NCBI GenBank assembly: GCA_022750195.1
Contig: JAKIWE010000005.1
Span: 99,531-163,530, forward strand
DNA: 64,000 bases
Reading direction: 5' to 3'
Source: Thermoplasmata archaeon
GTDB taxonomy: Archaea > Thermoplasmatota > Thermoplasmata > Lutacidiplasmatales > UBA184
Below the pieces are notes generated by a model. The model did no database searches. It worked only from the letters and a program-made list of their open reading frames with translations, and had not been told where the DNA came from. Shown here in pieces: positions 18,737-26,892 of the stretch; position 1 is the stretch's first letter, and each line of letters opens with the position of its first letter. Position numbers and translations under genes: made by a program.

Positions 18737-20569
18737 GTGGTCGCGCTCGGGCAGCTCGCCAGCGACATCGTCGAGGGGTCGGTGACCCTGCTGCTCCCGG
18801 CCCTCCTGTGGCTGTTCCTCTACCTCTTCATCTGGGAGGATCCCCAGGTCTCCCGACGGCTGGGGTTCACGCGCGTCGTATTCTGGCTCCTCCTACCGGT
18901 AGGCCTCGCGGGCTGGGCGCTCGGGAACGTGCCGATCTTCGCCTACCAGGGCGACCTTCTCGCGGTGAACGTCGGCGGCGCGTTGATCCCCCTCGTACTC
19001 TCCGTGTGGCTGCTGGGCCGTGAGCTTCCTCGCCCGGTCTCCACGCTCGCGAGATTCCTGGTCGTGCTCGCCTCGGTCTGCGTTGTGGACACGGTCGCTG
19101 TGGTCCTGACCGATCAAAGCTCGATCTACGGGTACGCCCTGCTCGTGGCGACCGTGATCGCGACCGCGGCCGTCGCGACCGTCCTCTCGTACTCCGGGGG
19201 CGGGGGCGACCCGGGGCCCGCGAGGGTCTCGTGGCAGCGGGTCACGCTCCTCGTGCTGCTGACGACGGGTGGAATCGTCGGAACCTTCGTCACGACGATC
19301 TCTTCGCCGGGCGGGATCAATTCGGCGTTCCCGTACTTCCTGGTCACGCCGCTCGCCGTGGGCGTCGTCGCCGCCCTCGTGGTGCCCCGTTGGCCGTCGC
19401 TCGGATGGAGCCGCGAGGTGGCCTTGCCGGTGGCCTACGCGACGACGACGTTCGGCACGATGCTCGGCGCGGACCTGCTGCGCCAGCCGCCTCTCTATGC
19501 GTTGGCGCACGGGGTGATCTTCTCCATCGGTGGGGCCGGGTTGCTGGACCTGGTCTACCTCTCCGGACTGCTGGCGTTGGTCGCGGCGTTCGGCGTCTAT
19601 CGTCTGGAACGCGCGCCGTCCGACGTCGTCGACCGCCCCCCGGACCCTGGACCGACGCCCCTCGCCGGTCTACGGCGCGCTCAAGGGTTCAACCGGCTCG
19701 GCCGGCCAGTCGAAGGGATCCTCTACTCGGCGACCGCGGCGCATGACGCGGTGATGCAGTTGCGGCGCCTCGCAAGTCTCGGCTCTCTCCCCCCGGGCGC
19801 CAACCCGTGGGCCGGGCTCGCGGTTCCCCCCTGGGTGGTCGCCGACCAGGCGAACCTCGAAGCCCTCGCCCACGCGCCGCCCGCCGACCCGGTGATGGCC
19901 CACCGCGCTTGGATGACGGCTCGGTTCCTCGTCCATCTTTCGACGGTGCTCGGGCGGCCCCGATTCGCCGGGTTCCTCCGGCGTAGCCGAGCGTTCTTCT
20001 TCGACCTGCTGTTCCTGTCGATCCCGGGAGCCGCGGGCTGGATCCTCTACGCCCTACGCACCTCCCCCACCGACCCGAGCCTGCTCACCAGCCCCGGCTT
20101 CTTCCTGGTGACCAGCGGGTTTGCGACCTACGCGTTCCTCTACTTCGTGCTCAGCGAATGGCTGGCGGGCACTACCCTAGGGAAGTGGCTCTGCCGACTG
20201 GAGGTGACGAATCGGCGCCTCGGACGGCCGTCGATCCTCGCCTCCATTATCCGGAACACGCCGAAGATGATCCCGCTCACCGCCGTCGGACTCGGTGGAG
20301 CCCTGGCGGCTCTGATTTCCGAGGATCTCGACGTCGCCGGCAACCTCGTCGGGCTCGTCAGCGTCGGTCCGTTCGTGGCGGGTGCGGTGGTCGCGGTTGG
20401 CGTGGGGCTGCCCGCGCTCGTGAGCGGCTTTACGATGATGCTCTCGAACGAGTCCCAGCGGCTCGGCGACTACTTCGCCGGCACGTGGGTCGTCAGGAGG
20501 CGCCCGGCGGGGTCGGCGCCGCCGCCGGCGGTGGTCGCTGCGGCAGCGGCCCCTTCCGCCGCAACGTGA
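18737..20569 (+). CDS. polytopic membrane protein with a C-terminal RDD-type domain
   Basis: About 8 TM helices at the N-terminus are followed by a soluble linker and an RDD-like module (RSRAFFFDLLFLSIP...YFVLSEWLAGTTLGKWLCRLEV). The N-terminal half possibly belongs to DUF1614, but that is unverified. Confidence 0.6.
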   Translation: MVALGQLASDIVEGSVTLLLPALLWLFLYLFIWEDPQVSRRLGFTRVVFWLLLPVGLAGWALGNVPIFAYQGDLLAVNVGGALIPLVLSVWLLGRELPRPVSTLARFLVVLASVCVVDTVAVVLTDQSSIYGYALLVATVIATAAVATVLSYSGGGGDPGPARVSWQRVTLLVLLTTGGIVGTFVTTISSPGGINSAFPYFLVTPLAVGVVAALVVPRWPSLGWSREVALPVAYATTTFGTMLGADLLRQPPLYALAHGVIFSIGGAGLLDLVYLSGLLALVAAFGVYRLERAPSDVVDRPPDPGPTPLAGLRRAQGFNRLGRPVEGILYSATAAHDAVMQLRRLASLGSLPPGANPWAGLAVPPWVVADQANLEALAHAPPADPVMAHRAWMTARFLVHLSTVLGRPRFAGFLRRSRAFFFDLLFLSIPGAAGWILYALRTSPTDPSLLTSPGFFLVTSGFATYAFLYFVLSEWLAGTTLGKWLCRLEVTNRRLGRPSILASIIRNTPKMIPLTAVGLGGALAALISEDLDVAGNLVGLVSVGPFVAGAVVAVGVGLPALVSGFTMMLSNESQRLGDYFAGTWVVRRRPAGSAPPPAVVAAAAAPSAAT

Positions 20570-20855
20570 TCGCGATCGACGAGACGTTCGCCTCCCGCTT
20601 CTCGCGGTTCACGAGGCGCTCGGTGTCGATCGTGATCGGACCGACGTCGACCTGCCCCTGCAGAAACCGGTGGCGGACCACCTCGACGACGTCGACCGCG
20701 TGGGAGATGACGTTCCCCCGGGCCTTCACCACGACCGCCCCCGCGCCGCTGTTGAGCTGGGCGACGACCTGGAACACGTAGCTCATCGTCGGCTTCGTGC
20801 CGATGAACACCGTGACCACGCTGGTGCCGGGGGCCCGGGGCGCCTCGGCCGCCAT
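20493..20855 (-). CDS. albA: Alba DNA/RNA-binding chromatin protein
   Basis: The Alba core is VFIGTKPTMSYVFQVVAQLNSGAGAVVVKARGNVISHAVDVVEVVRHRF. ATG 20855 has an A/T-rich box at 20875-20892, about 28 nt upstream. The track ORF extends to 20927. Confidence 0.85.
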   Translation of the reverse strand: MAAEAPRAPGTSVVTVFIGTKPTMSYVFQVVAQLNSGAGAVVVKARGNVISHAVDVVEVVRHRFLQGQVDVGPITIDTERLVNREKREANVSSIAITLRRKGPLPQRPPPAAAPTPPGAS

Positions 20856-20874
20856 CGGCCGACCGAGGGGGGGG

Positions 20875-20892
20875 CCGTAATAGTCCTTTTGG
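20875..20892 (-). promoter_or_regulatory. A/T-rich box upstream of alba
   Basis: CCAAAAGGACTATTACGG on the - strand is centred about 28 nt before ATG 20855. Confidence 0.45.
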
Positions 20893-20972
20893 CGGCCGGG
20901 GGCCTTATCGTCGGCGGTGGCTCCCATTCTAGCAAAGAGTTATTGGGGTCAACCAATACGACCGCGGGTCCT

Positions 20973-21057
20973 GCAGGGGTGGCCCAGCTTGGTCAAAGGC
21001 GCCAGGTTGAGGTCCTGGTCTCGTAGGAGTTCGTGAGTTCAAATCTCACCCCCTGCA
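20973..21057 (+). tRNA. tRNA-Leu (anticodon GAG), type II with a long variable arm
   Basis: I folded it by hand. The acceptor is GCAGGGG/CCCCTGC. The D-stem has 3 bp. The anticodon stem is CCAGG/CCTGG with loop TTGAGGT. The variable arm is CTC-GTAG-GAG. The T-arm is GTGAG-TTCAAAT-CTCAC. The discriminator is A and no CCA is encoded. Confidence 0.95.
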
Positions 21058-21065
21058 TACCGACC

Positions 21066-21069
21066 TTTT
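21066..21069 (+). terminator. oligo-T tract after tRNA-Leu
   Basis: A TTTT run begins 9 nt after the tRNA 3' end. Oligo-T is the usual archaeal termination signal. The tract is short, so this is only a candidate. Confidence 0.35.
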
Positions 21070-21077
21070 AGGGAACC

Positions 21078-22058
21078 GTGGCGGACGAGTCGGGTCGCCA
21101 GTGCGAGGTTTGTGGCGCTAGCCTTCCGGAAGGGGCGTCGAGCTGCCCGGCCTGCGGCGCCTCCGCGCTAGCCCCGTCGGAGAAAGGCGATGCGTCGGGC
21201 GCCCGCTCCGGTGCCGATCCACCCGCGCCCGCCTCGAGTCCCACCTCCGCGGCCGAGCTCACGCGACGACTGGCGACGCTTCAGCTCTGGAACGACGGTT
21301 CCGCGGCGCTGGGGGTCACGCTGCCGTCGCTCCCCAGCTGGGCCGAGGAGCTCGCGCGTGAGACCCCGGGACAGGACGGTTGGATCGAGGTGGTGCGCGG
21401 GGTCGAGCGACTGGCGCAAAAGCGGGTCGTCACCGCGCTCGAGGAGTGGGACCGGAAGACCAAGACCCGGCTCTCTCGGCTCGAGGCGTACAGCGTCGAC
21501 GGACGGCTCGAGCGAGACCAGATGGACGACCTGCTCCACTCGGCCCGGACCGGCGACATCGCCCAGGCGTTGGCGACCTACCAGCAGGTCGACCGCGTGG
21601 TCACGCTCAAGGAGCGCCACCTCGACCAGGCGCGGGAGGAGCTCGAGCGACTCGTCTCGCTCATGAGGGACATGGAGGCGCTCGGGATGGCGCCGCCGGA
21701 GCCTCCCAGCCAGGTCGCGAACGAACTCGAACGCGAACTGCGCGGTGGTCGGCTCGCACCGCTCAAGCAGCGGCTTCGCTCGCTGCGGACGCAGGCGGTC
21801 AACCGGCTCAAGGATCAGCTGCCGGCGTACGTGACCCAGTACGGCGAGTTCCTGCTCCGCGAGCGGGGCGACGGTCTCCCGGTGCAGCTCGAAGCGACGG
21901 AGCTCGGCCGCGCCGCACGGGAGTTCGCCCGGGGGCGCGCGGAGGAGTCGTTACGCCGGTTGCGCCTGCTCGCCCAGGTCCACGGAACTCCCTCGGCCCG
22001 ATCGCGCCGGGCGAACGCGCCCGGGGTCGGGCCTACAGGAGCTTCTCGAACAGCCTGA
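21078..22058 (+). CDS. zinc-ribbon protein with a long alpha-helical/coiled-coil C-terminal region (hypothetical)
   Basis: An N-terminal CEVCG-x11-CPACG ribbon is followed by an Ala/Pro linker and then Glu/Arg/Leu-rich helices. The start is GTG, 20 nt after tRNA-Leu. Confidence 0.5.
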   Translation: MADESGRQCEVCGASLPEGASSCPACGASALAPSEKGDASGARSGADPPAPASSPTSAAELTRRLATLQLWNDGSAALGVTLPSLPSWAEELARETPGQDGWIEVVRGVERLAQKRVVTALEEWDRKTKTRLSRLEAYSVDGRLERDQMDDLLHSARTGDIAQALATYQQVDRVVTLKERHLDQAREELERLVSLMRDMEALGMAPPEPPSQVANELERELRGGRLAPLKQRLRSLRTQAVNRLKDQLPAYVTQYGEFLLRERGDGLPVQLEATELGRAAREFARGRAEESLRRLRLLAQVHGTPSARSRRANAPGVGPTGASRTA

Positions 22059-22572
22059 CGTCCTCGTTCCACCGGTGCCGGTGGAGGACACCGACTTCGG
22101 CGAAGCCGAGCTGACGGAACATAGCATGGGCGGCCTTGAACCGCTCGAGGGCGTCGACCCAGAGCGAGTTGCAGCTGCTGTGGCGGGCCCACTCCGTCGC
22201 GGCGCTCACGAGCGAGGCGCCGACCCCCTGGCGACGCCCCTCCGGCGCCACCGCGAGGTGGACGATGCGGCAGCTACCGTCCGAGATCGCACATCCGACC
22301 GAGCCGACGACGCGGCCGTCCCGTCGGGCCGCGAAGTAGGTCACGCCTTCCATCCAGGTCGTGAACTCGAGCGGCGTCGGCTGCCAACTCTTCAGCAGCG
22401 CGGCAGGAAGAGGCGGCTCGAAGGCGTCCCAGACATGCTTGTACAGCGCGCAGACGTCCGGGATGTCAGCGTGCGCGATGCGCTCCACGACGAGGGGCGA
22501 CAGCGTCCCCCCACTTTTCGCCGGGGGGGAGGCAGGCCTCTCCTCGCGCCGGCCTGTGCTGCTCTGTGCCAC
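22033..22572 (-). CDS. GNAT-family N-acetyltransferase
   Basis: The acetyl-CoA binding region is HLAVAPEGRRQGVGASLV. The 3' end overlaps the convergent gene by 26 nt. Confidence 0.8.
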   Translation of the reverse strand: MAQSSTGRREERPASPPAKSGGTLSPLVVERIAHADIPDVCALYKHVWDAFEPPLPAALLKSWQPTPLEFTTWMEGVTYFAARRDGRVVGSVGCAISDGSCRIVHLAVAPEGRRQGVGASLVSAATEWARHSSCNSLWVDALERFKAAHAMFRQLGFAEVGVLHRHRWNEDVRLFEKLL

Positions 22573-22655
22573 GCGTGAGGCCTCGACCGGTTCGGGTCAG
22601 CGACGCATGCGTTCGGTCGAAGATGAATCTTGTCCCTGTTCCGGACGTCGGACGG

Positions 22656-23975
22656 TTACGGCGTGTGCCGGCTCGGCGTGCGCGGGAACGGCGTCGTGTC
22701 GCGGATGTGCTCGCGACGGGTGATCCACCGGACGATCCGCTCGATGCCGAGGCCGAACCCCGCGTGCGGGACGTTGCCGTGCCGGCGGAGGTCGAGGTAC
22801 CACGTGTACGACTCCGGGTCGGCGCCGATCGCGCGGATCCGCTCCGCCAATCGGGCGAGGTCGGTCTCGCGCGCGCTCGCCCCGACGATCTCCCCGAACC
22901 CTTCGGGTCCGAGCAGGTCCGCGGCCTCCACCGTGCGCGGGTCGTCCGGGCTGCGAAGCATGTAGAACGCCTTGAGCTCGGCGGGAAAGTGGGTGACGAA
23001 CAGCGGCTGCGCCGACTCGAGGGTCAGCGCGCGCTCTTCCGCGGTAGCGAGGTCGCTCCCCCAGTCGACGGGGAACCCCTGCCGCTTCAGCGTCTCGATC
23101 GCCTCGCCGTACCGGACCCGGCGGAACGGCGCCTGGATCGCTTTGAGCTCGGCGGGGTCCCGCCCGACGACGCGAAGTTCGATCGGTCGGCGGTCGGCGA
23201 GGTCGTGGGTGACGCGGACGAACATCCGCTCGATGAACGCCAACAGCTCGTCGAGGCCGGTCCAGGCGAGCTCGACCTCGAGGTGCGTGTACTCGGTCAA
23301 GTGGCGAGGGGTACGGGACTTCTCCGCGCGGAAGGACGGCGTGATCGCGTAGACCCGTTCGTGGGGCGCGAGGAGCGCCTCCAGGTAGAGCTGCGCGGTC
23401 TGGGCGAGGTAGCCGGTCCGGCCGAAGTAGTCGAAGGTGAACGCCTCCGCGCCGCCCTCGGCGGGGTTGCCGGTGATGATCGGCGGCGTCATCTCGAGCA
23501 CTTCTTCCTCTTCGAGGAACGCGCGCAGCGTGCGCAGGACCTCGGCCTTGATCCGGAAGACCGCCGCGAACTCCTCGGAGCGGACGACCAGGTGGCGCTG
23601 GTCCAGCCGGTACTCCTCGGTCTGGTCGGCGAAGATCGGGAACGGTTGACCGGCGTCGATCACCCGGATCGACTCCGCCCGCAGCTCGCGGCCGCCCGGG
23701 GCGCGCCGGTCCTCCGCGACGGTGCCGGTCACCTCGATGACGCCCTCGACCTGCACGTGCTCGGCCTCGGTGAACGCCGCATCCCCGAGCTGGTCGCGCT
23801 TCGCGGTCAGCTGGACGCTGCCGGTCCGGTCCCGCAGGAGCGTGAACAGGATCCCGCCCGACGACCGGGTCCTCTTGACCCACCCGCGGAGCCGCACCCG
23901 GCGGCCGACCGCTTCCGGGGCGGAGAGATCCCGCACCAGGGCCCGGGGGGCCTCGGCTACTGGTACTCCCGCCAT
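22656..23975 (-). CDS. aspS: aspartate--tRNA ligase, archaeal type
   Basis: The OB-fold region is VRLRGWVKRTRSSGGILF, class II motif 2 is FRAEKSRTPRHLTEY and motif 3 is GFGLGIERIV. ATG 23975 gives 439 aa and overlaps the tfs 3' end by 19 nt. Confidence 0.95.
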   Translation of the reverse strand: MAGVPVAEAPRALVRDLSAPEAVGRRVRLRGWVKRTRSSGGILFTLLRDRTGSVQLTAKRDQLGDAAFTEAEHVQVEGVIEVTGTVAEDRRAPGGRELRAESIRVIDAGQPFPIFADQTEEYRLDQRHLVVRSEEFAAVFRIKAEVLRTLRAFLEEEEVLEMTPPIITGNPAEGGAEAFTFDYFGRTGYLAQTAQLYLEALLAPHERVYAITPSFRAEKSRTPRHLTEYTHLEVELAWTGLDELLAFIERMFVRVTHDLADRRPIELRVVGRDPAELKAIQAPFRRVRYGEAIETLKRQGFPVDWGSDLATAEERALTLESAQPLFVTHFPAELKAFYMLRSPDDPRTVEAADLLGPEGFGEIVGASARETDLARLAERIRAIGADPESYTWYLDLRRHGNVPHAGFGLGIERIVRWITRREHIRDTTPFPRTPSRHTP

Positions 23976-24268
23976 TTGTGCCCGCACTTCGTACACTCGA
24001 AGATCCGGGTCTCCGGCTCGTCCGCGCCGCGCGTCTGCCGCAAGACCCAGTAGGCGAGGTCGTTGCCGCACTTCGGGCAGGTCTCGGCCGCCGTCGGCAA
24101 CGTCGGGCCCTTCCCCTCCTCGACGACCGCCATCGTCCGCCCCGTGGCGTTCGACTTCCCGACCTCGACGGCCCGGCCGATCGGGACCTTCGTCCCGCAC
24201 GACGAACAGACCCAGACGCCCTTCGCTTTGTCCGGCCGCATGAGCCGGTGGCACTTCGGACAGAACAT
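23957..24268 (-). CDS. tfs: transcription factor S (TFIIS-like cleavage factor)
   Basis: There are two Zn ribbons (CPKC...CSSCG and CPKCG...CTKCG) with the acidic hairpin RGADEPE. Confidence 0.9.
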   Translation of the reverse strand: MFCPKCHRLMRPDKAKGVWVCSSCGTKVPIGRAVEVGKSNATGRTMAVVEEGKGPTLPTAAETCPKCGNDLAYWVLRQTRGADEPETRIFECTKCGHKWREYQ

Positions 24269-24321
24269 TCGAGAAACTCAGGAACCGGGAACGGATATTG
24301 AGGAGGAGGGTCGATCGTGGG

Positions 24322-25734
24322 TTACGGGGCGAGCACCTGCTCGGCGGTGCCGGCGCTCGAGGGCGGGGCGTCGGGCGGCGCGACGCTCAGCGGCAGGGGC
24401 GAGGGTTTCGCGCCCGGGACGAGGAGTCGGCGAACGTGCTCCGTGCGCTTCGCAAGGTCGGCCTTGGTGCCGATGTCCCGGCGGACGTAGTAGTCGCCCT
24501 TGACGAACGCCAGCGCCTCGTCGACGCGCCGGCTCGCCTCGTGGATCGCGCTCGCTTCGCCGACCAGGGCCACGCCCCGAGACGTCGAGAGGGTCACCTG
24601 GCCCGCGCCGGCCGCCTCGACGGCGCCGAAGAAGACCCGAACTCCCGCCTCCTCGATCGACGGCTCGTCCAGGTTGATCACCCCGCCGCTCCGGGGCGCG
24701 GCTCCGTACCCGGGCGGCACCACGTACTTCACGACCGTGGCGCGGAGGCGGAAGCCGAGGAGCGTCGTGTCGAGGCGGCCCGTCGCCAGGCCCATCAGGA
24801 GCTCGTCGAAGTCGCCCTCCTCGTACAGGGTGAGGACGTTCAGGGCCTCCGGGTCGCCGAACCGGGCGTTGAACTCGAGCAACTTCGGTCCCTGGGCCGT
24901 GAGGATGAAGCCGCCGTAGAGGACGCCGCGGAACGGCGAGCCCTCCTCCTTGAGCGCGTAGGCCGACTTCCGCACCACGTCGAGGGCCTGCTCCCGAAGG
25001 GTCGGGGTCAGGAACGGCAACAGGTGGTCCCGCTGCGAGTACGATCCCAAGCCTCCGGTGTTCCCGCCGAGGTCCCCCTCGAGCGCCCGCTTGAAATCCT
25101 GGACGGCGGGCAGCGGGTAGACCCCGGAGTCGGTGACGAGCGCCATCTGGCTGAACTCCTCGCCCTCGAGCTTCTCCTCGAGCACGACGCCCTCGGCGCC
25201 GCTGGCGAGAAGCTTGCGCGCGTAGGCGGCCCCCTCCTCCGCGGTCTGGAAGTCCGCGCCCTGCACCCAGACCCCTTTTCCTCCGGTGAGACCGGCGGGC
25301 TTGACGACGAACGGTTCGCCGAACGCCTTGACGCGGGACTCGACCTCGTCAACGTTCGCGATCGTGTCGAACTTCGGCTGCGCCTCGATCCGGTGCTTGG
25401 CGAGCAGCTGCCGGCAGAAGCTCTTCGACGACTCGATCCGGGCCGCGGCCTTGGTCGGGCCGGCGACCGGGATCTCCGCCTTCCACAGCGCGTCGGTGAC
25501 GCCGCTCGCAAGGGGCGCCTCGGGACCGATGACCGCGAGCTGGACCCGTTCGCGCCGGGCGAGGTCGACGATCGGGCCGGGGAGGGTGATGTCCACCCGC
25601 GCCGTGGCCTTGGCCAGTCGCTCGAGACCGGGATTGACGTTCGGCGAGGCGACGACGACCTCGGCGCCGGAGCGGTTCAACGCCCAGCCGAGGGCGTGCT
25701 CGCGGGCCCCCCCGCCCACCACCAGGACGCGCAT
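24322..25734 (-). CDS. purD: phosphoribosylamine--glycine ligase
   Basis: The start is MRVLVVGGGAREHALGWAL at ATG 25734, and the protein has ATP-grasp architecture. A Pro/Ser-rich C-terminal tail of about 35 aa is present. Confidence 0.9.
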   Translation of the reverse strand: MRVLVVGGGAREHALGWALNRSGAEVVVASPNVNPGLERLAKATARVDITLPGPIVDLARRERVQLAVIGPEAPLASGVTDALWKAEIPVAGPTKAAARIESSKSFCRQLLAKHRIEAQPKFDTIANVDEVESRVKAFGEPFVVKPAGLTGGKGVWVQGADFQTAEEGAAYARKLLASGAEGVVLEEKLEGEEFSQMALVTDSGVYPLPAVQDFKRALEGDLGGNTGGLGSYSQRDHLLPFLTPTLREQALDVVRKSAYALKEEGSPFRGVLYGGFILTAQGPKLLEFNARFGDPEALNVLTLYEEGDFDELLMGLATGRLDTTLLGFRLRATVVKYVVPPGYGAAPRSGGVINLDEPSIEEAGVRVFFGAVEAAGAGQVTLSTSRGVALVGEASAIHEASRRVDEALAFVKGDYYVRRDIGTKADLAKRTEHVRRLLVPGAKPSPLPLSVAPPDAPPSSAGTAEQVLAP

Positions 25735-25763
25735 CGGTCGGACCGACCGTGCGACGGTCCGCG

Positions 25764-25773
25764 GGTTATAGCC
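25764..25773 (-). promoter_or_regulatory. TATA-like box for purD (GGCTATAACC on the - strand)
   Basis: It is centred about 34 nt upstream of ATG 25734. Confidence 0.45.
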
Positions 25774-25814
25774 CTGCTGTCGGCGGCGCCGGCTGACGGT
25801 CGTTCCATCGCCAC

Positions 25815-25824
25815 GCTTAAGAAC
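25815..25824 (+). promoter_or_regulatory. TATA-like box (GCTTAAGAAC) for rpoL
   Basis: It is centred about 30 nt upstream of ATG 25850. Confidence 0.45.
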
Positions 25825-25849
25825 CGAACCGAAGTGGGCGGCCGTTCCG

Positions 25850-26137
25850 ATGGAGATTCGCGTGGTGGAGAAGGAGCACGATGTGCTCCGGCTCGAGCTC
25901 CCACGGGGCGAGGAGACGCTCCTCATCCCGCTCGTAGAGATGCTGCAGGCCGAGGAGAAGGTCGTCGAGGCCCGGTACTACCTGGGCCACCCGCTCTTGG
26001 ACCGGCCGACGCTCTACCTGAAGACCAAGGGCGAGAAGCCGCAGCAGGTGCTCAAGCGGGTCCTGAAGGACCTCTCCGACGTCTACTCGGACGCGCTCGC
26101 CACCTTCGACAAGAAGGCCGAGAAGATCCGCTCCTAG
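25850..26137 (+). CDS. rpoL: DNA-directed RNA polymerase subunit L (Rpo11)
   Basis: This 95-aa protein shows the pattern LELxGEEhTL...YxxxHPLLDxPxLxxKTKGEKP typical of RpoL. A TATA-like box lies about 30 nt upstream. Confidence 0.85.
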   Translation: MEIRVVEKEHDVLRLELPRGEETLLIPLVEMLQAEEKVVEARYYLGHPLLDRPTLYLKTKGEKPQQVLKRVLKDLSDVYSDALATFDKKAEKIRS

Positions 26138-26153
26138 TTGGCCGGGCGGACCG

Positions 26154-26825
26154 ATGCTGAAGGAATGCACCCAGCACGGGTACTTCCGGGCGGAGTCCTG
26201 CCCGGTCTGCGGGGCCCAGGGTCGGTTCCTGATGAACGACCGGGAGCTCGACCACCTCGGCCGAGTGATGACGGGCATCCTCCGTCACTTCCCCGAGAAG
26301 TACGGACTCACGGTCGACGAGCGGGGCTGGATCGAGCTCCCCAAGCTGGTCCAGGCGATCAGTACCCAACACCGCGGCTACCATTGGCTCCGGGTCCACC
26401 ACATGGTCGCGATCGCCGAGAGCGACGCGAAAGGCCGGTACGAGGTCCGGGACGACCGAGTACGTGCCACCTACGGCCACACGGTCGACGTGAACCTCGA
26501 CCTCCCCACCGAGAACATCCCCGAAGCGTTGTTCTACCCGGTCACGGTCGAGGAGGCCGCCATCGTCCTCGAGGTCGGCCTCAAACCTTCGGACCGGAAG
26601 AAGGTCCACCTCTCGCGGACCGCCGCGGACGCGAAAGCCGCCGGATCGGTCCGAACGCGCAACCCGATCATCTTGGCCGTCGACACGCGCAAGGCCCGGG
26701 AACTGGGCATCGTGATCATGCAGGCCGGCAAGACCGTCTTCCTCGTCGACGCGATCCCGCCCGAGCTCCTCCGTCGCCACGAGCTCCCACCGGAAGACGC
26801 CCCACCGGCCGACGCGGGCGCCTAA
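26154..26825 (+). CDS. kptA: RNA 2'-phosphotransferase Tpt1/KptA family
   Basis: The Tpt1 N-lobe is LGRVMTGILRHFPEKYGL..DERGWIEL, with downstream VHLS. It is preceded by a C-x2-H-x7-C-x2-C knuckle. Confidence 0.85.
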   Translation: MLKECTQHGYFRAESCPVCGAQGRFLMNDRELDHLGRVMTGILRHFPEKYGLTVDERGWIELPKLVQAISTQHRGYHWLRVHHMVAIAESDAKGRYEVRDDRVRATYGHTVDVNLDLPTENIPEALFYPVTVEEAAIVLEVGLKPSDRKKVHLSRTAADAKAAGSVRTRNPIILAVDTRKARELGIVIMQAGKTVFLVDAIPPELLRRHELPPEDAPPADAGA

Positions 26826-26892
26826 CGGCCGTTGCTCTTGGCCCGTTCGCCGGGGAGCCGCGAATCGGTCCGGTTGACGCCGACGTCCGAAC

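Noticed and set aside
22566-26160. The + strand ORFs 22566..24053 and 24298..26160, and the - strand ORF 22597..23883, overlapping aspS, tfs and purD.
   Set aside because: The same argument applies. The aspS, tfs and purD frames are recognisable, and the alternatives are compositionally biased with no domains.
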